64,000 bases of DNA from positions 158,100,001 through 158,164,000 of the forward strand of contig OX597814.1 of the NCBI GenBank assembly GCA_951406725.2, given 5' to 3'. The stretch is from Octopus vulgaris. Its lineage: Eukaryota. Of this stretch, positions 38,569-53,871 are shown one piece after another. The translations under genes and the position numbers were made by a program. Below the pieces are notes generated by a model. It was given only the letters and a program-made list of their open reading frames with translations. It searched no databases and was not told the DNA's origin. Positions within the stretch are counted from its first letter, which is position 1; the number at the start of each line of letters is the position of its first letter.

Positions 38569-41500
38569 TATTTATTATTCTGCTTTGTATAAAACTTTAG
38601 CTATATTAATACTTCTGGCTATCATTTTTTTGACATTCTAGAGTGTCAATATTTTAATAAAATAATGGTACCTTTTTTAATTATAATGTTATTTTGTAAA
38701 TTAAAATCAAATAATATTTAATATTCAAATTTTACCCTTAGTTGCAATATTTGAAGTAAACATTTTCTTGTTCTGTTCTCTACTTGATATAATAAGTTAT
38801 CCTGAACTTTTCCAAGTGTAATAATTTTTCATATAATTTTCCAGGTTTATAATCTTAAAAATATTATTTCTCTTGCTCGCGTTTTTCCATGTAATTATGT
38901 TTTTTCCAGGTTATGCTATTATACTAATTAGTAATGCGTGAAATGTATGAATTAGCGTTATTGTTGATAAGTTTTCCTTACCTCAATGACGCCGGTGATA
39001 TATATTAAAAGTCCCCTTATAGAACTATATTCATAAAAATGTATCGAACATTATTATCACCTTCAAATTTGAGAAACAAGTATTCATAACTTGTTTGCTG
39101 TAAAACTTCATTGCATGAGATTGATACCATGAAATTTCTCGAATCGAGCTCTATCATGTAAGCTTAAGTAAAATATAGTTTGTTTTTAAAATAAAAAAAG
39201 TTAATTATACTTAAAGCCAATTTTTTGCTCTACTTATATTTTTTTCACGATATTTTACCTCAACTTTTTTTATACAAATTTTTGTTGTATGGTACCAAAA
39301 CTATGAAATTCTGCATGCTTCTTTTATCATTGAAGCTAAGATAAATACTTTTTGCTTTTAAAATAAAAAAAGTTATTTAGATCTAAACTCGATAGTAAGC
39401 GTTACTCACTCTCCTAAAATGTTGCTTCAGATTTTGGTGTAAACTTTTTTTTCTACTGGATCAAATCTTTTATGCCGGAATGTAGCTAGAGATCAGTCCT
39501 CTTCAAAAATGTTAACAGTTTTTAATTTGGTTCAGAACTGAATTAGCGACAAGCTCTGAAAGATGCTGCATTTGAGTAAATTGCGGCATTAAGAATATCA
39601 TTCAACTACCACAGTAGTTGAATGATAACTAATTACTTAGTCATGATTAGCATATGCAAGTATACATATACAGAGACACACACACATATGTATATATATA
39701 TATAGATATATACACCTCTCTCACTCCCTCTCTATTGTTCTCTCTCTCCCTCACACACATACATACACAAATAAATGTCTGAAATATTGAATGGTATATC
39801 TATAATATTATCTATCAATATAGTTATATTGTTATTTCCATATTATTTTTAAAACAAATTTCGAATTTACTTTATTATGCAGCTGGTTTGAAGAAAACAT
39901 CCAGCATACCTCTTATTAATCATAGGAGATAATACATTTCAAAAACAGTTCGAATATATTCTCAGAGTGACTGATATTGGTCTGTTCATTTTCCTCAACT
40001 TGAGTAGATATATGACTGGAGCTAGTCTAGTAAGAGGAAAAGTAATAAAGTGCTTGCAACTAAAGATATACAACAGCTAACTATTGACGTTAAAGTCTAC
40101 CATGTCCCAAAATAAACTGATTCACAGAACAATTTTTTACACGAACTTCCTCGACCAAATCTATATCTGGCATTGGGTGCATAGATTTTTTGAAAGTTAT
40201 TGTCCCAAAGTTCTGCGCAGTGAGATCGAAACAAAAGCGAAGGAGCTGAGGAATTACATTTGTTCTTAAAGAACATTATTATTTGTCATGCTTTTTTTCT
40301 ACCTGCCATTTTCTCTTTTTGTAAGCGGCGTCTTCCATTTTTAAATCAAGAAGATCTATAAAACTGATACTCGCTTCAAATTATTTTAATATTTCGATTT
40401 TAATCCTTTTTTATGATGATAAAACTATTAGAAACTAACAAACAAAATTCATTCTTTTGGATGGTCATCAATTTCTCTACCTTTACTGATCGTTTTGATA
40501 GCTAATTCTTTTGCAAGTTACCACTCACCGCCGGAAAATTGAAATATGTTTTAAATTGTTTTCAAGCACTTACTGATACAAACTGAAAAAATGATATCAA
40601 TCATAAAGAAATATTGTTTTTCTTTCATTTCATAATAGCTTCTAATTTACTTTTTTAATGTTTCATACAATGAACATGATTACTCAGTAAATGTATACAG
40701 CCCTCATAGAATTTGCGAGTGTTAATTGTGGGCAATGTAATGTAAAGAATCAACATCGTGTCAAAAGTCGATATTAGACAACAATGTAATAAACTTATTC
40801 ATTAACTGTCGAAGTGTCCATAAGACCTTCGAATTTTTAAAGAAAACTATATTGTTTGGAGATAAATTGTTCTAATGAAACTAGAATCTCCGAGTGAAAC
40901 AAGTGCAAAGCAATTTAATCTTTAAAACACATGCTTCTACTTGTTTTCTTCCATTACTGATCAATGAAGACCTTCACAACAGTTACGAGGTCGATTCGGG
41001 TTTTTCTATATATCAGTATATGTATAAGAAACATTGTTGTATGAAAATATCGATCATATGCAAGCAAATCCAGTGCGTAGTTTCATCTGATGTACTGACT
41101 GAGTCTTTGCAAGGTTCTTGCTTATTTTACGTTGCCTAGATGCGGCCTCTAAACAGGAAATGCTTTCTTTTCTGTAGAGAATAGATACATGGAGCCTGTT
41201 CAGAGAATGCTGTTTCCAGAATTTTTGTCAATCCCTGTAGCTTCCACTTTTACTCTCAGTCAATAATCGTAGGTTTTTTTTTTCTCCGCTGACTGCTACT
41301 CTATTGCAATTCAAGCAATATCAACTACATATGGCTGGGAGATAAATTTACACAAAATAGCCACCCTCAGCTCCCACTGCGATCTCAAGCCGGATTAGGA
41401 AACTTGCGCATGATTCCTTCAATGTGAGCTTGAGAAAATCTTCGAACACCTTCGACATCTTCACCAGATGCTCGGTATTCATGATGCAAACTGAGAAGTA

Positions 41501-41984
41501 TGTGTCATTCTCAACAGCACCTCACTCATTATAATTCATGGGATTACAACTGGGGGATTAGGAAGCCTGGTATTGGGACTGGGGATATCATAGAAATTGT
41601 CCACCAACCACTTCTTACTATTTCCGGACATATAGCAGGGGGACAAATCATGATGCCATACACGTAGCCTTCAGACAGCAATCTTCCCCTACCAGACTTA
41701 ACCACAGTCTTCAGTATCTTCGTATAGCCGTCTAAACTAAGCGTAAAGACCTGTTCATAAGTCGTTGGATGGATTTCGAAGTGCAGAGGCAGTCAGAATG
41801 CCTATTGTCTCCCTTCCTGCTGGCCACAATATCACAGTTGCAGTTGTTTATGTCACATCTTATGGTATTTACAGCGTTCACAGATCATGGAACAACAGTC
41901 ACGATGTCAGTACTTTGATACCCCACACGAATCATCATGATACATGAAACTCTTTTCCAATATTCACATGGCCTGGAAGTAGTA

Positions 41985-42370
41985 CGGGATGGTATCAAAA
42001 AGTTCCAGGACAAGTACTGTAGCGTGCCAAAAGATGTCGGCACATGGTTGCATGTGTAATAAAAGCTTGCAATAACCATCCTGAGGCAGTATGCCGAGGG
42101 AAACTTTTGTGTTTACTTCGCAAGTTGTGAAATTTGTGTTTATTTGATCATATATATGCTGTAGTCTGCGATTTTGTCATGCTCAGGAAGTTGTAACAAA
42201 CAGCCAACGAGAAATTTTGCGTTAAACTTAGGAACTCTGCTACAGAGACATTGATCATGCTTCGGTAATCTTTCGTTTTTGAGTGGCACACTTTCTTCAA
42301 AGCAGAAGAACGTTCCTGGAAGACAATGAGCGATCTGGAAGACCTGCCACGAAATGGGGTATTGTGTATC
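41985..42370 (+). mobile_element. 5' fragment of a mariner related to 50688-51972
   Basis: gtatcaaaaagttcc TIR and an EQTAN.KFCVKLG.SATETL-like segment. Confidence 0.75.
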
Positions 42371-42416
42371 GAGACTGCAATTGAGAGTTCTACTGTGAAG
42401 TTTGAGGTGCAAACAC

Positions 42417-42463
<47 letters not shown>

Positions 42464-43227
42464 ATCTCACCGAATAAACTGCTCTTCTCTCTAGACATCA
42501 CATTCTGCGTTCCCTTCCTAGTTTCTACAATCACCTGATAAATAATTCCTGACTTTCCTGTGAAGCACTAACCGATTATCAAAATAATATACTTACTCAA
42601 TAATATTAAAAGTTAAAAATACTTATACAAATTTTAAAAAACAAGTATATGAAATTTTTGTGGAGAGGCAGAACGGAATGAATTTCACCAAGAAACAGAA
42701 TCAGGTTTTTTACAATAAAATACTACTACATTCAGCAACATATAGATATTGATTATAGACATTCATCTAATGCATCCACAATGAAACATCGAGAAATACA
42801 ACTGCATCTACGCATCAGAAATAAACGAATTCATAATAAACCAGTGTCAAACACAAATACATTTCATCAAACCACATCTCAGCATTAAACAACTTAATAA
42901 TGAAATAAATTCAAATATATAAATAAACAATAGAAAAACAGAACATAGAAAATTTTGTATCGTGCAAAACACATAAATCTATAAAGAGTGCAGCATTATC
43001 ACGAACACACCAAAAATAGCAACAACAACAGCGATCTGAACACGTGTCAAAATATCAACTTCGCTCACAGGCCAAATTATCAAGCATTTCTAGAAACCAT
43101 CCAAAAGACGATATGAAAGAAGAAGCGAAAATTACACTAGCTATCTAAATATATATGTGTATATATGTTTGATCATCCCTTAAATAATGCGGTTTTGTCA
43201 ATTGCATTAACAGAAGACATGAGATTT

Positions 43228-43562
43228 AGGACTGGTACTTATTTTATCGACCACGACGGAGTTTGAACTCAGAACGTAAAGACGGACGAAATATCACAAA
43301 GAATTTAACCGTGTATGCTAATTATTCTCCCTGCATGCCGCCTTAACCACAATAATACATTTTCTACTAAAGGCAGAAGGCATGAGATTTAGGGGAGAGG
43401 GCTAGTCAATTACTTCCATCCCAGTACCCAACTAGTACTTATTTTATCGACCCTGAAACAATGGAAAGCGAAGTTAATCATGACGAAATATCAACTCAGA
43501 TCGTAAAGACGGATGAAATGCCGCTAAGCACTTTGTCCGGAGTGCTAACCATCCTGGCAGCT
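43228..43562 (-). mobile_element. Two adjacent SINE fragments
   Basis: Repeated gtacttattttatcgacc ... aactcaga.cgtaaagacgga.gaaat; other decayed copies near 7440-7560, 44060-44130 and 59150-59260. Confidence 0.6.
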
Positions 43563-44169
43563 CAAATATCCCGAAATCCCCAAAATGTGAGAACCACAAA
43601 AAAAAATAAATAATAATAATTATAATAATAATTCATATGCCAGGAAACCTAAAAGTATCAGATCTACAACAAAATGTTTTCATGGCGATTATCCTCATTG
43701 TAAGAAAAACATTGTCGACTTGGAAATAACTGATTTTCTAAAAACTCTTTCAAAACCGAAATATTACAAACGTATAGAAACTTAGTTCTCAGATGCTGTT
43801 CTCCTTCCGCTACAGTATATCATTGCCAATCATAAATAACACCCATACTAGAACGTCCAAATTGCTGTTACATGATGTTTCTGGATCAGACTCGGAACAA
43901 TTCGTATAAAATCTAGCAACAATAACGTAAATAAGACTAATAATAATCCTCTCTACAATAGGCACTAATCTAGCAATTCTTGTGAGAGGTGTTCCTTATT
44001 GCTAAACAAGTAATTACATAAACTGTTAAGTACCTGAACTGGTAATTACCCTAAGTGGTAATTATTTTATCGACTCTGAATGGATGAAAAGCAACGTCGT
44101 TATTCACAGCATTTGGACTCAGAGAGTAGTGAGGTGGAAGAAATTGCTAAACATGCATTTGATCATAAT

Positions 44170-44300
44170 TGATCATAACGAACTGAAATATGAAATCAAT
44201 AGGATGTGAAAAATAAAGCATTTAAACATCACACCAGTAATCGTAGGTGCATTAGGAACAGCAAAGGAAAACAATAGCAAAATAGAGAAAATCGAAGCAG
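44170..44300 (+). mobile_element. Small REL-element 3' fragment
   Basis: ELKYEINRM*K..ITPVIVGALGT. Confidence 0.55.
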
Positions 44301-44599
44301 ATAGTGACAGAGCTATTGCAAACAGTTTTCTCAGTATTCCGATGTTGTTTTTCTGTTTCGCTGAGTCCAATCGTCACTGTTTGGACTAAGGTTTACTTAT
44401 ACAGTAATTTAAAATCAGGTTAAAAGCATTTGTTTTCCTCTTCTTCATTAACGTTAGCCATTTGTTTCGCTGAAGGAAAATGATTGCAAGTCATTATTTA
44501 TACTTTGTGTCCCACCACCTATACGGCAAGTTTTGATAAATACAACGAAAATGATGATAATAGTAATAAAAGTGAAGAAAAATTAGCTTAATAAAAGTG

Positions 44600-44644
<45 letters not shown>

Positions 44645-44659
44645 ATAATAAATAATGAA

Positions 44660-44690
<31 letters not shown>

Positions 44691-45599
44691 CTATTTGTAG
44701 CAGCAGCAGCAGTAGTAGAAGTAGGAGTAATTGTTGTTGTTGTTGTTGTTGTAGTAGTAGTAATTTAGTTTCAAAATGGTCAACACGCATCACATAAACT
44801 AGCAGATAAATGTACATATCCAGCAACAAACAGAACGATAGCAAGATAAAAAAAATAGACAGACCTACTCACAAGAATACCAAAATAATTGTACCCACAT
44901 CCAACTTTGTTGTGGTTAGAAAGAAAAATAAATAACAAAGATGCCCCTGTCGCCAAAACATATGGGCCTATAGTATGCTTGAAAATTATATGCAAACTGT
45001 ACACTTATTGTCTGAATATGTTTCTCCAAGACCACTGCTAAAGAAATGGTATAATAACTGATGAACAGGCCGGAGGAAAGGAAGGTGTATGGGGTTGTGT
45101 TGAGCAGTTTCTCAACAAAGTTTTCCTTTAGGGAGCTCAGCAACATCGCCGTTATCTCTTAATAATATGGCTAGACTACGAGTCATTCCACTTTGTTCCT
45201 CACTAACAGGTGCATTTAACAAGACCATATCTCACAATGCTTTTTGCAGTGCCAGTGTTAGTACCAACATTTGGTTTGTTTGACTGGATACCCAACAAGA
45301 TACGCAGACTGGACATCTAACCGGAAGGGTACTGACCACTGCTGGTATCTTCTACGTTTACGACCATACCGATAGAGTCTATGTGAAACGAGTTGATGTT
45401 TGTAGAGGTCAGTAGTCAGTTCAAATTGCTGTCCGATAACAGCTGCTGAAGAAAGAAAGAAGTACATTCCATAAATACTGAAAATTAAGAGCAAAACATC
45501 TTAAGAATTAGTGAAAATCTACTGGGCATGTTCTCTGAGAATATAACAGTCTCCTGCAACTGAAAGGAGACTGGACTGGCCTACCAAAACAGAAGCTTG

Positions 45600-47228
45600 G
45601 AGGAGAAGCGGGCATCATGCCAACAAAAAGCAATGCATGGGTATATATTCCGTAAGCTAGAGGGCAACAGCAGCATTGACAAGAAAAGAAACCTCGCCCG
45701 GACGTGTAATAGATACATTACATCCCACCAAGAGGATATGCCTTCGCTATCAAGGAACAGGAGATAGTTATTAAATCCTGATAAACAAGAGAGACAATGA
45801 TATCACCAAACGTTTACGTTGTAATAGAAAATGTGAGCTCTGCAGAAGATATCACCAGTATCATTAGCAGTTGGCCCAAATTGTCTACCAGATACTACAT
45901 GCCCTGTGGCATGACATAGCTGCAAAGACTGTTTATAATGCTACCCACAGGAATGACTGCCCAGACGTATGCATCAAAGTTACGACAGATGTGCCAGAGA
46001 AAGCAAAAAAGGACAAAGTGGGAAAACCCGAAAAGGAAAATAAGGAAACGACGGAGGTGACCGTGGAAGAAGCTGGAAGGCAGAAGAGCGACAACAAGGA
46101 AGGCAGCGAGATAGAATTCACGCAAGAGACGCACAAGAGGAAGAAGCCCAGTTCCATCGACTCCCCTTCCCAAACATAAAAAAACAACAATGCAAACAGA
46201 CAACATTAAAACAATTCCCCAACTCCACCCCTTTGGCACTGTGTTCGTGGGGACGAAAAATACCAAACCCCACCCCATAAACCCAGAAAGAAAAATAAAG
46301 ATAAATATATTTCTCTCGACTCGAAAAATGAAAGAATATTTCGTTTCGTAAAGGCGCACCATCAAATAAAACTCTTAAGCAGAACGGTAGACAACAAGTC
46401 TGCTGTTTGCTACGCAAGGGTGTGCGATGACGGGTGGATGGACAGAATTCTGCAAGAACAGCTGAAAAAAAAAAAAGATGTGAATGATATCGCTCAAGAA
46501 ATAGCGGACGGGAAAATAACAATTACCCTGGCAGCCACACCAAGCCAGAGCCCGGTGGCCACACCGGTAAAAATCCCAGCGGTTATGTCTACTAAGGGGA
46601 GAGAGGGAGAAGCAGTCAGACAGAAACTGCCATACGCCCGGTCGCAACCGTAAGTAGAAAATTTAATCTTTCGTTCATCAATGATTAAGTTAGGTTGTAT
46701 AAATGTGCGTGGGCTGAGGTCGAAATGGAAACAAGCTTATTTCCTGAACGACCTCAGGATACACAGTATAGATATAGCCGTTGTAACCGTCTATACAAAC
46801 TGGCAACAGAATGGGAGAATTTCCAGTGCTCTAAGCCGGAGAGGGATGACGCTGGTCCAGAAAGATCCGAGCAAGGGGGATAGTATTAGTAACTACCGGT
46901 CCATAACTCTACCTAACGTAGAGTTAAAGATTTTGGCCAAGGTGCTAGCGAAAAGGTTGATGGATGTCGTGGAGAAACTTGTCGGGAATGCACAGACATA
47001 TGCAACACCCGGCAGGTCGATCCAGGACAATCTTCACCTTATCCGCCACACCTTAGACAGGCTGGGTAAATTAGCCGGCAAAGGTGGCGCAATAGTCCAT
47101 TTAGACCAAAGTAAAGCATTTGATAGGATCAACCATCAGTACCTGGCGGTGGTCCTCGAAGCGGCTGGGCTGGGCCCAGTCTTCCGCGGATGGATCTCTG
47201 CTATGTACAGCAGCATCGAGTCCACAGC
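45600..47228 (+). mobile_element. Tx1/L1-like LINE remnant: ORF1 relics plus internally deleted ORF2
   Basis: 46681 MIKLGCINVRGL..IDIAVV (APE start) joins in frame to NYRSITLPNVELKILAK..LDQSKAFDRINH (RT), then is truncated. Left boundary uncertain. Confidence 0.8.
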
Positions 47229-47644
47229 CCTGATAATCCACCCAATGTCATATTTTAATTTAAGGTAAAAAAGGTGGTGTCAAAAAAAAACAAAAACCCA
47301 GTTAATTGTACAATAATGAATGCCATTTGTAAATATATTCATCCGAACTCAGATATCATTTTTGTGTGTTTGCAATGCTCTGTAATGTGCCCCTGTGTTT
47401 GATTGTATAGTCATAAGAAATATATTCATCATTAGCTCGTGATTAACACACGTTGAGGACGGGAAACCACCCAGAAACTCGAGTACATGTGTATCACGTA
47501 AAGCCAGAGAAGAGCGCGATGACCTCTCCTCGCAAATACTAATCGGACACACAATGTGTGTCGTTAGGCAGCTGGAAGGGATGTCTTCCTGGGGCTATAA
47601 ACGTCACTAGCACTGTCCCGTATAGGACGCCAAGCTTGGTTGGC

Positions 47645-47682
<38 letters not shown>

Positions 47683-47935
47683 CTGAGTTTGTCTGTGTCT
47701 ATTTCTTCCAACTACTGCTTAAAGACTGGTGTTGTTTTTTACGTTCCTGTATCTTAAGAGTTCAGCAAAAAACCCAAATAAAATCGGTACCAGGCTTAAA
47801 AATGTATATGACTTGCGGTCGATTCGTTCTACTAAAATTCTACACGGTGATGCCCCAGCATCGCCATAATCTAAATGATTGAAACAACTGGTGTGTGTGT
47901 GGGAATATATATATATATGTGTGTGTGTGTGCGTA

Positions 47936-47999
<64 letters not shown>

Positions 48000-48417
48000 A
48001 TATACTCCCACACACACAACACATGTATATTGCATACACATACATACAGTAACTAGAAATCATGTTTTATGTTTTGGTCCTTTAGAAAATATATGGATAT
48101 GTATGAATATGTGTATGTATGTGCATATTCATTTCTACACACACACACACATATACGTATACACACACATAATCCGTATGTATACACATATAAATATAAA
48201 TATATATGTGTGTGTGCGTGTGTGTGAGAGAGAGAGAGTATGAGTATATGCATGAATTTAAAGAACAAATGACAATTCAACTGTTAAAATTATTTCTCTA
48301 CACTACAGGTATAAACTTGTTTGTGTATTTATGTTTGTGAGTATACACACACCGACACCCACACAAACACGCAGACACACACAAACACACACACACACAC
48401 ACTGACACACATAATAC

Positions 48418-48475
<58 letters not shown>

Positions 48476-48720
48476 TCAATTAGAAAATATTTCACTGCAT
48501 TGACAGAGATTCATGGTTAGATGGTCACACGGTTCAGATTGTTTGCACAGACAGTTTCATTTCCTTTTAAATAATAAAAAACAAAAAGAACAAAACCGTA
48601 ACACAACAATTATTCAATACGAAATATATATAAATAAGAGAACTTTTATGTATGAAAAGTGGTAATCATTTTCACTCGTTAACATTTTACGTGTTGTTCA
48701 TCACAGAATATTAAAGAAAT

Positions 48721-49075
48721 ATGTATTCCTTCTCAGTCGGGCACGTCATTCGAAAAGCAAATCTTCACGTACTTACTATCCTAGTGCTATTATTGCAGAT
48801 GTACTTGGTGGGTAGCGTGAGTTCCAGAGAATATTATGGGATTCGTATTAATCCTTCTGTAACTGGCATTCCAGAAGAAGACAAATTGAATAAGATGTCA
48901 AACATCCGATCACGTATTGAGTGCTTTTCTTTCTGTATGACAAATTCCAAATGTGGTATGATTATTTACAGTGTTTCCGAGAAAGTATGTATCCTACGTA
49001 AAATCAAGCAACTACCTGGTGCCCCATCATTCATCGACATTCCTCCAAACAGTATTTACACCATGCTTCAAGCCC
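48721..49075 (+). CDS. PAN-CTL gene copy C, exon 1: signal peptide + PAN/apple-like domain
   Basis: ATG; hydrophobic LHVLTILVLLLQMYLVGSVSS; SRIECFSFCMTNSKCGMIIYSVSEKVCIL (C-x3-C-x5-C-x11-C). Donor C|gtgagt, phase 1. Confidence 0.85.
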
Positions 49076-50687
49076 GTGAGTAGTTTCCTTTTCTAGTGTA
49101 TGTGTTGCGCATATTATTACCTTTTCTTTCACTTATTATTTAAACCCTCTTCTTTTGATATCGAAGACGATATCTGTGGTCTGAGATAAATTTCGACCCT
49201 ATTTCTAGTAGGTCATCGGAGACGCAGAGATTCTCTTTTTGGATCATGTTACAAATGTTGTTCAAAAATAATTATTCTTACTGTCATTTCAGCTTAGTAA
49301 TGTCGTCTTAGCATAATCTGCAATGTATCCAGACCAACGTGAAACTCGTTTTTTTTAAAAGACAGTTGTATATTTATATGAAGGCGATTTTTTACAACCA
49401 CATATAGGCCATTTCTAGGTTCGTATTGTGCTAGTGTGTGTATGCTTGTGTATTGAGAGAGAGCGTGTGTATGCTTGTGTGTTGAGAGACAGCCTGTGTG
49501 TGTTTTTGTGTTTTGTGTAGGTATGAGCTTTTTGATTATAAATTTAATACGTAAAGTATCTTTTGGTAGTATATTTTTTAAAACTCGCCCAACAAAAAAT
49601 CGTTTTATTATCATGTAAGGTCACTGGTATAGATAGATAAGATCTGGTAATATATATTAATAAGGATCACAAAAGTCATTGGATGCAGAAGACTCTCGAA
49701 TTATGCCCAAAGGAAAAAAAATAGTTTTCAATGAAAAAATTTGTCCATAAATAAAATTTAATGAAAGTAAAAATTTATAAAAAAACGTTATTTATAATTT
49801 TTCAAAAAATCCAGTCATTGCAGGCTTTTTGTACGATCAAGTTTCGTCTAAAATAAGTCTTGCTCCAGATAATGTATTCTTAACAGTAAAGTTGAAAAAT
49901 ATTGTTTGACTCACTTGATGTTTTGGAAATATCGAATAATGTTTCCACAGTAAATTAAGTTTGAGAACTTCTGAATGAGACATCTTGCTGCTATAATTGC
50001 ACACACAACTACACATAACATATATATAGAATAGTTTTCTACGCCATTTGGTAATATTTAATTTAATATTGATAGGTTCCATGTAAAACAATGGACGTTA
50101 CCATCAGTGATTGGTGTTGTGAAGGGCCTGTGTATAAGTAAGCATTTTATAATTGTTGATTTCAAGAAAGGTTAGTTGAAGCAGCATCAGTAACATTCCT
50201 GACTGTGTTTTTGACATTTTTCGTTGAATATATTTCTTTCAGAAATATTTAAGTTCTTATTCGAGTTATAGATTATTGTTGCTGTTCTTGTAGTTATTAA
50301 TCTTCTTGTCGTTGTTGTTGTTCTATTATCACAATTTGATCGTATTTGGTGCTTTTCGTTACGGTTTACTTCTCCTTCATTGGTATCTAAATGAGTATGT
50401 TTGCTAGACCCAGTAGGTGGCTTATTGAACTGTTATCGCATGTTATCGCTATTGTTTATGCTGTGCATATGCTGCTCCATCTAAATTAGTGAAGTTAGCG
50501 TCAGATACCTTCACGGTGTGACGATTATATATAGAGAGAGAGACATACACTCAAACATATATACATAGACACATTTATTTACATACTTATTTATATACAT
50601 CAGTGGTCAATGAGGAAAGGAGGCGGAGAGACAGCTACGGGAAGGAAATAGAGATGAGAGAGGGATATTTTGCACTACGTATATCTA

Positions 50688-51972
50688 CGAGGCTGTATCA
50701 AAAAGTTCCCGAAATAGTTCTGTAGCGCGCCAACAGTTGGCAGCACACCGTTGTGCGCGTAGTGAGAGCTGGCAGTAACCATCATGAGGCAATGTGCCTA
50801 TTGACATTGCTGTGTTTACTTCGTAAGTTCGGAAATTTGTATGTTTGTGATCATGTGTATGCTGTAGTCTGCTATTTTGTTATATTCAGGAAGCTGGAAC
50901 AAACAGCCAACGTAAAATTTTGTGTTAAACTTGGGACGTCGGCTACAGAAACATTGAGCATGCTTGCCAAGTTTACGGTGACGAGGCAACGGGTCGAACG
51001 CAATGTTTCGAGTGGCACGGCCGCTTCAAAAGCGAGTGAGCATCCCCGGGAGACAATGGATGATCTGGAAGACCTGCCACGAGAGTCACCTCCGAAAATA
51101 TGGAGTAAATTACTCAGATTGTGCATGACGATCGCTGGAAGACACTCAATGACATTGCTGATGTTGTTGGTCCATCGCATGAGTTCAAGCAGGAAATCCT
51201 AACATCTGAATTGAACATGCGACGTGTCTCTGCCAGGTTTGTCCCTCACCAGCTGACTACTTAGCAGAAAGAATATTGCATTGAAATCTGTCAAGGTTCT
51301 ACGTCAGCGTGCCACTGATGACCCGTCCTTCATGTCGAGGATCATCACCGTTGATGAGAGTTGGATCTACGGGTAGGAACCTGAGACGGAGCAGCAGTCG
51401 TCACAATGGAAAAGCCCTCCATCTCCACGACCGAAGAAGGCACGACGGAGACGCAACTCAATCAAGAGCATGCTCATTGCTTTTTTTCGACATCTACGAT
51501 CTTATGAATCGAGAATTCAACCCTCAGACCGTCAATCGAGAGCTCTACTGCGATGTTTGAAGCGTCTGGAGGAGGACATTCAGTGAATGCAACTGGATCA
51601 GTAGAGCGTGAAGAATTGGATTCTTAACGACGAGAATGCTCCCTGTCACGGAGTTCTCCTCTCTCCTGAGTTTCTCGCTAAACACAACGTTGTATCTCTT
51701 CCGCATCCACCATATTCACCAGATTTAGCACCTCCGGACTTCTATTTTTCCCCAAGATGAAAACGCTGTTCAAAGGTTGCCGTTTTAACACCATTGACGT
51801 GATCAAGTGCGAATCGCAAATGGTCCTCGACTCGCTTACGGAAAATATTTAGGCCGGATTACAAAAGTAGCAGGACCGGTGTATTGCTGCTCAAGTTGAC
51901 TATTTCGAAGGAGACAATGTTAAAACGTTTTATTACACATAACTTGTCCGTGAACTGTTTGATATCACCTTG
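50688..51972 (+). mobile_element. mariner transposon, decayed
   Basis: TIRs cgaggctgtatcaaaaagttc / gaactgtttgatatcaccttg. FVPHQL, ITVDESWIYG, HPPYSPDLAPPDF in broken frames. Confidence 0.9.
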
Positions 51973-53871
51973 TTTGATATCACCTTGAGGGTAAATTTGG
52001 GGAAGTGTGTTGCTCAGAGAGGAAGAAAGTCTGAAGTTTGCAGGAAAGTCAGATAAATAGAAATTACTGAGCACATTTGATTAAAGTGGAGTTAGGCGTT
52101 AAAATTGTGCAAATAACATCATTGCAACTAATCGAAAAGTTCGGAAACATTGTGTATACGAGCGGAGGCTGAAATGTTCTTGTCTTTGGGCAAAAGAAAA
52201 TACAGGAGGATCAGTTAATTATGATTTTATTTAACTTTTCCCCTTCTCAGATTCACAAACTTATTACATCGGTCCTTCAGTTTCCTTGAGCCATGTAAAA
52301 TGAGCTCAGAATGTTGAGCCTCCAACCAAGCCTCTGTAGCAGTGATCACTTCCGAATAGGAGTGAAATTATCATTAAAAACTACTGTTTGCTAATTTAAT
52401 TAACAGGGGTATTTTCCTGCGTTGTGATAATAACACATCTCAAATCTCAAGAATATTTCTTAGAGGTCTTGCATATATTCCTATATCCTTTCAGCTTTTT
52501 GGGGGTGTTGTGTTGAGTGCACCAATTAAAAGAAGATTTTTTTTTATATGCAATCTAATATCGATAGACTGTGTAGCGATTAGAATGAACTTGAGTTGGA
52601 TTTGAACTCAGTAATTTAAAGCATTAAAAAATTACCACAAGTTAATTTGTCTGATCATTTATTTATTCTCCCTCATCCCAGCCACAAATTAAAATTAAGC
52701 TCAAAGATATTAATAGTTCATGATACTAAGCTCCAGTTCACCTCTTATAGAGCGGACCTCTGATCCAAAGCGTTCCAGATATAACCATTCGTTATTTTAA
52801 AAATGGTATAGTGTATTATCTGTGTTGCTATAACGAACGCATTAAATGATATTTTAGTGTCTTTGTTGTTGATTCAACTCTTCGTGAGTCGTATTAATGA
52901 ATGGCAGAAGGTGTTTTGTTTGCATATTTAAAAGATGAGTGGAATATAAAACAGTTTTATCTGCAGAGGAGTTTTTGGTTCTAAGCGGCTGAGAGGACAT
53001 TATTATCAGAGTTAGAAGAGCTTAGAAGAGATTATTTAATTCGCATAAAGTACATTAGTCGACAATCGAAGACCCATTAAAGAACCAGTCGCTTCATATG
53101 CTGCGACAAAACATCCCGTTAAGAATCTCCCAATCCAGTTTGAAGATGAAGTCGATAAATGAGCATTAGTTTACTGGAAGATTCTCAATCAGCTGTAGTT
53201 TAAAATCATATAAAGGAATCAAATTCACAATATATCTCATATCGAAGTTGCCAAGACATGTAACTATAAATGTGTCGTGTAAAAATATGATAAAATGACT
53301 ATTAGAAATCACTGAGTAACGGAAAAATACACAAGGTGATAAAAAAGGGAACCTTTAATAATAAGTTAGAGATGCTTGAGATAAGAGCAATAATCGGGAT
53401 ATTCGTAAGTTAGGAAGGTTACTTCTTTACGCTTTAATGATGCAGTAATCAGTTTCTATACACATTAATTAAGATGTGGGGAGTATCAACATTGGTGAGT
53501 TTAACACCAGCTCCTGAGCATACATTTCTAACTTTGGTGGATGGAATATCGATTGGTCACACTATCTTGATGTATTCTGAGGAATAAAAGATTTAATACA
53601 TAATAACTATGAGCATGACGGGATGAGAGAACGTTGTAGAAAAGAAAATTTTAGAAAGAGATTGTGTACGCAAAAACAAAACTGGAAGGTAAGTGATTAT
53701 CAATTCTGCTTGTCAGTGTACAGTTAGAAATCAGTCTGAATTGGGGTGTACTGAGTGAGAGAAAATAATTCTAAGTCAGTCAGAAGTTAATATTGGCCTC
53801 AAATTAACACAAGTTATTACCTCTCCAAAAGATTTAACGCATGAAACATATTTTTCCTTGTCTTCCTAAAG

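Noticed and set aside
45258-45494. 78-aa ORF with a signal-peptide-like start
   Set aside because: TTG start, no domain, no splice or paralog support.
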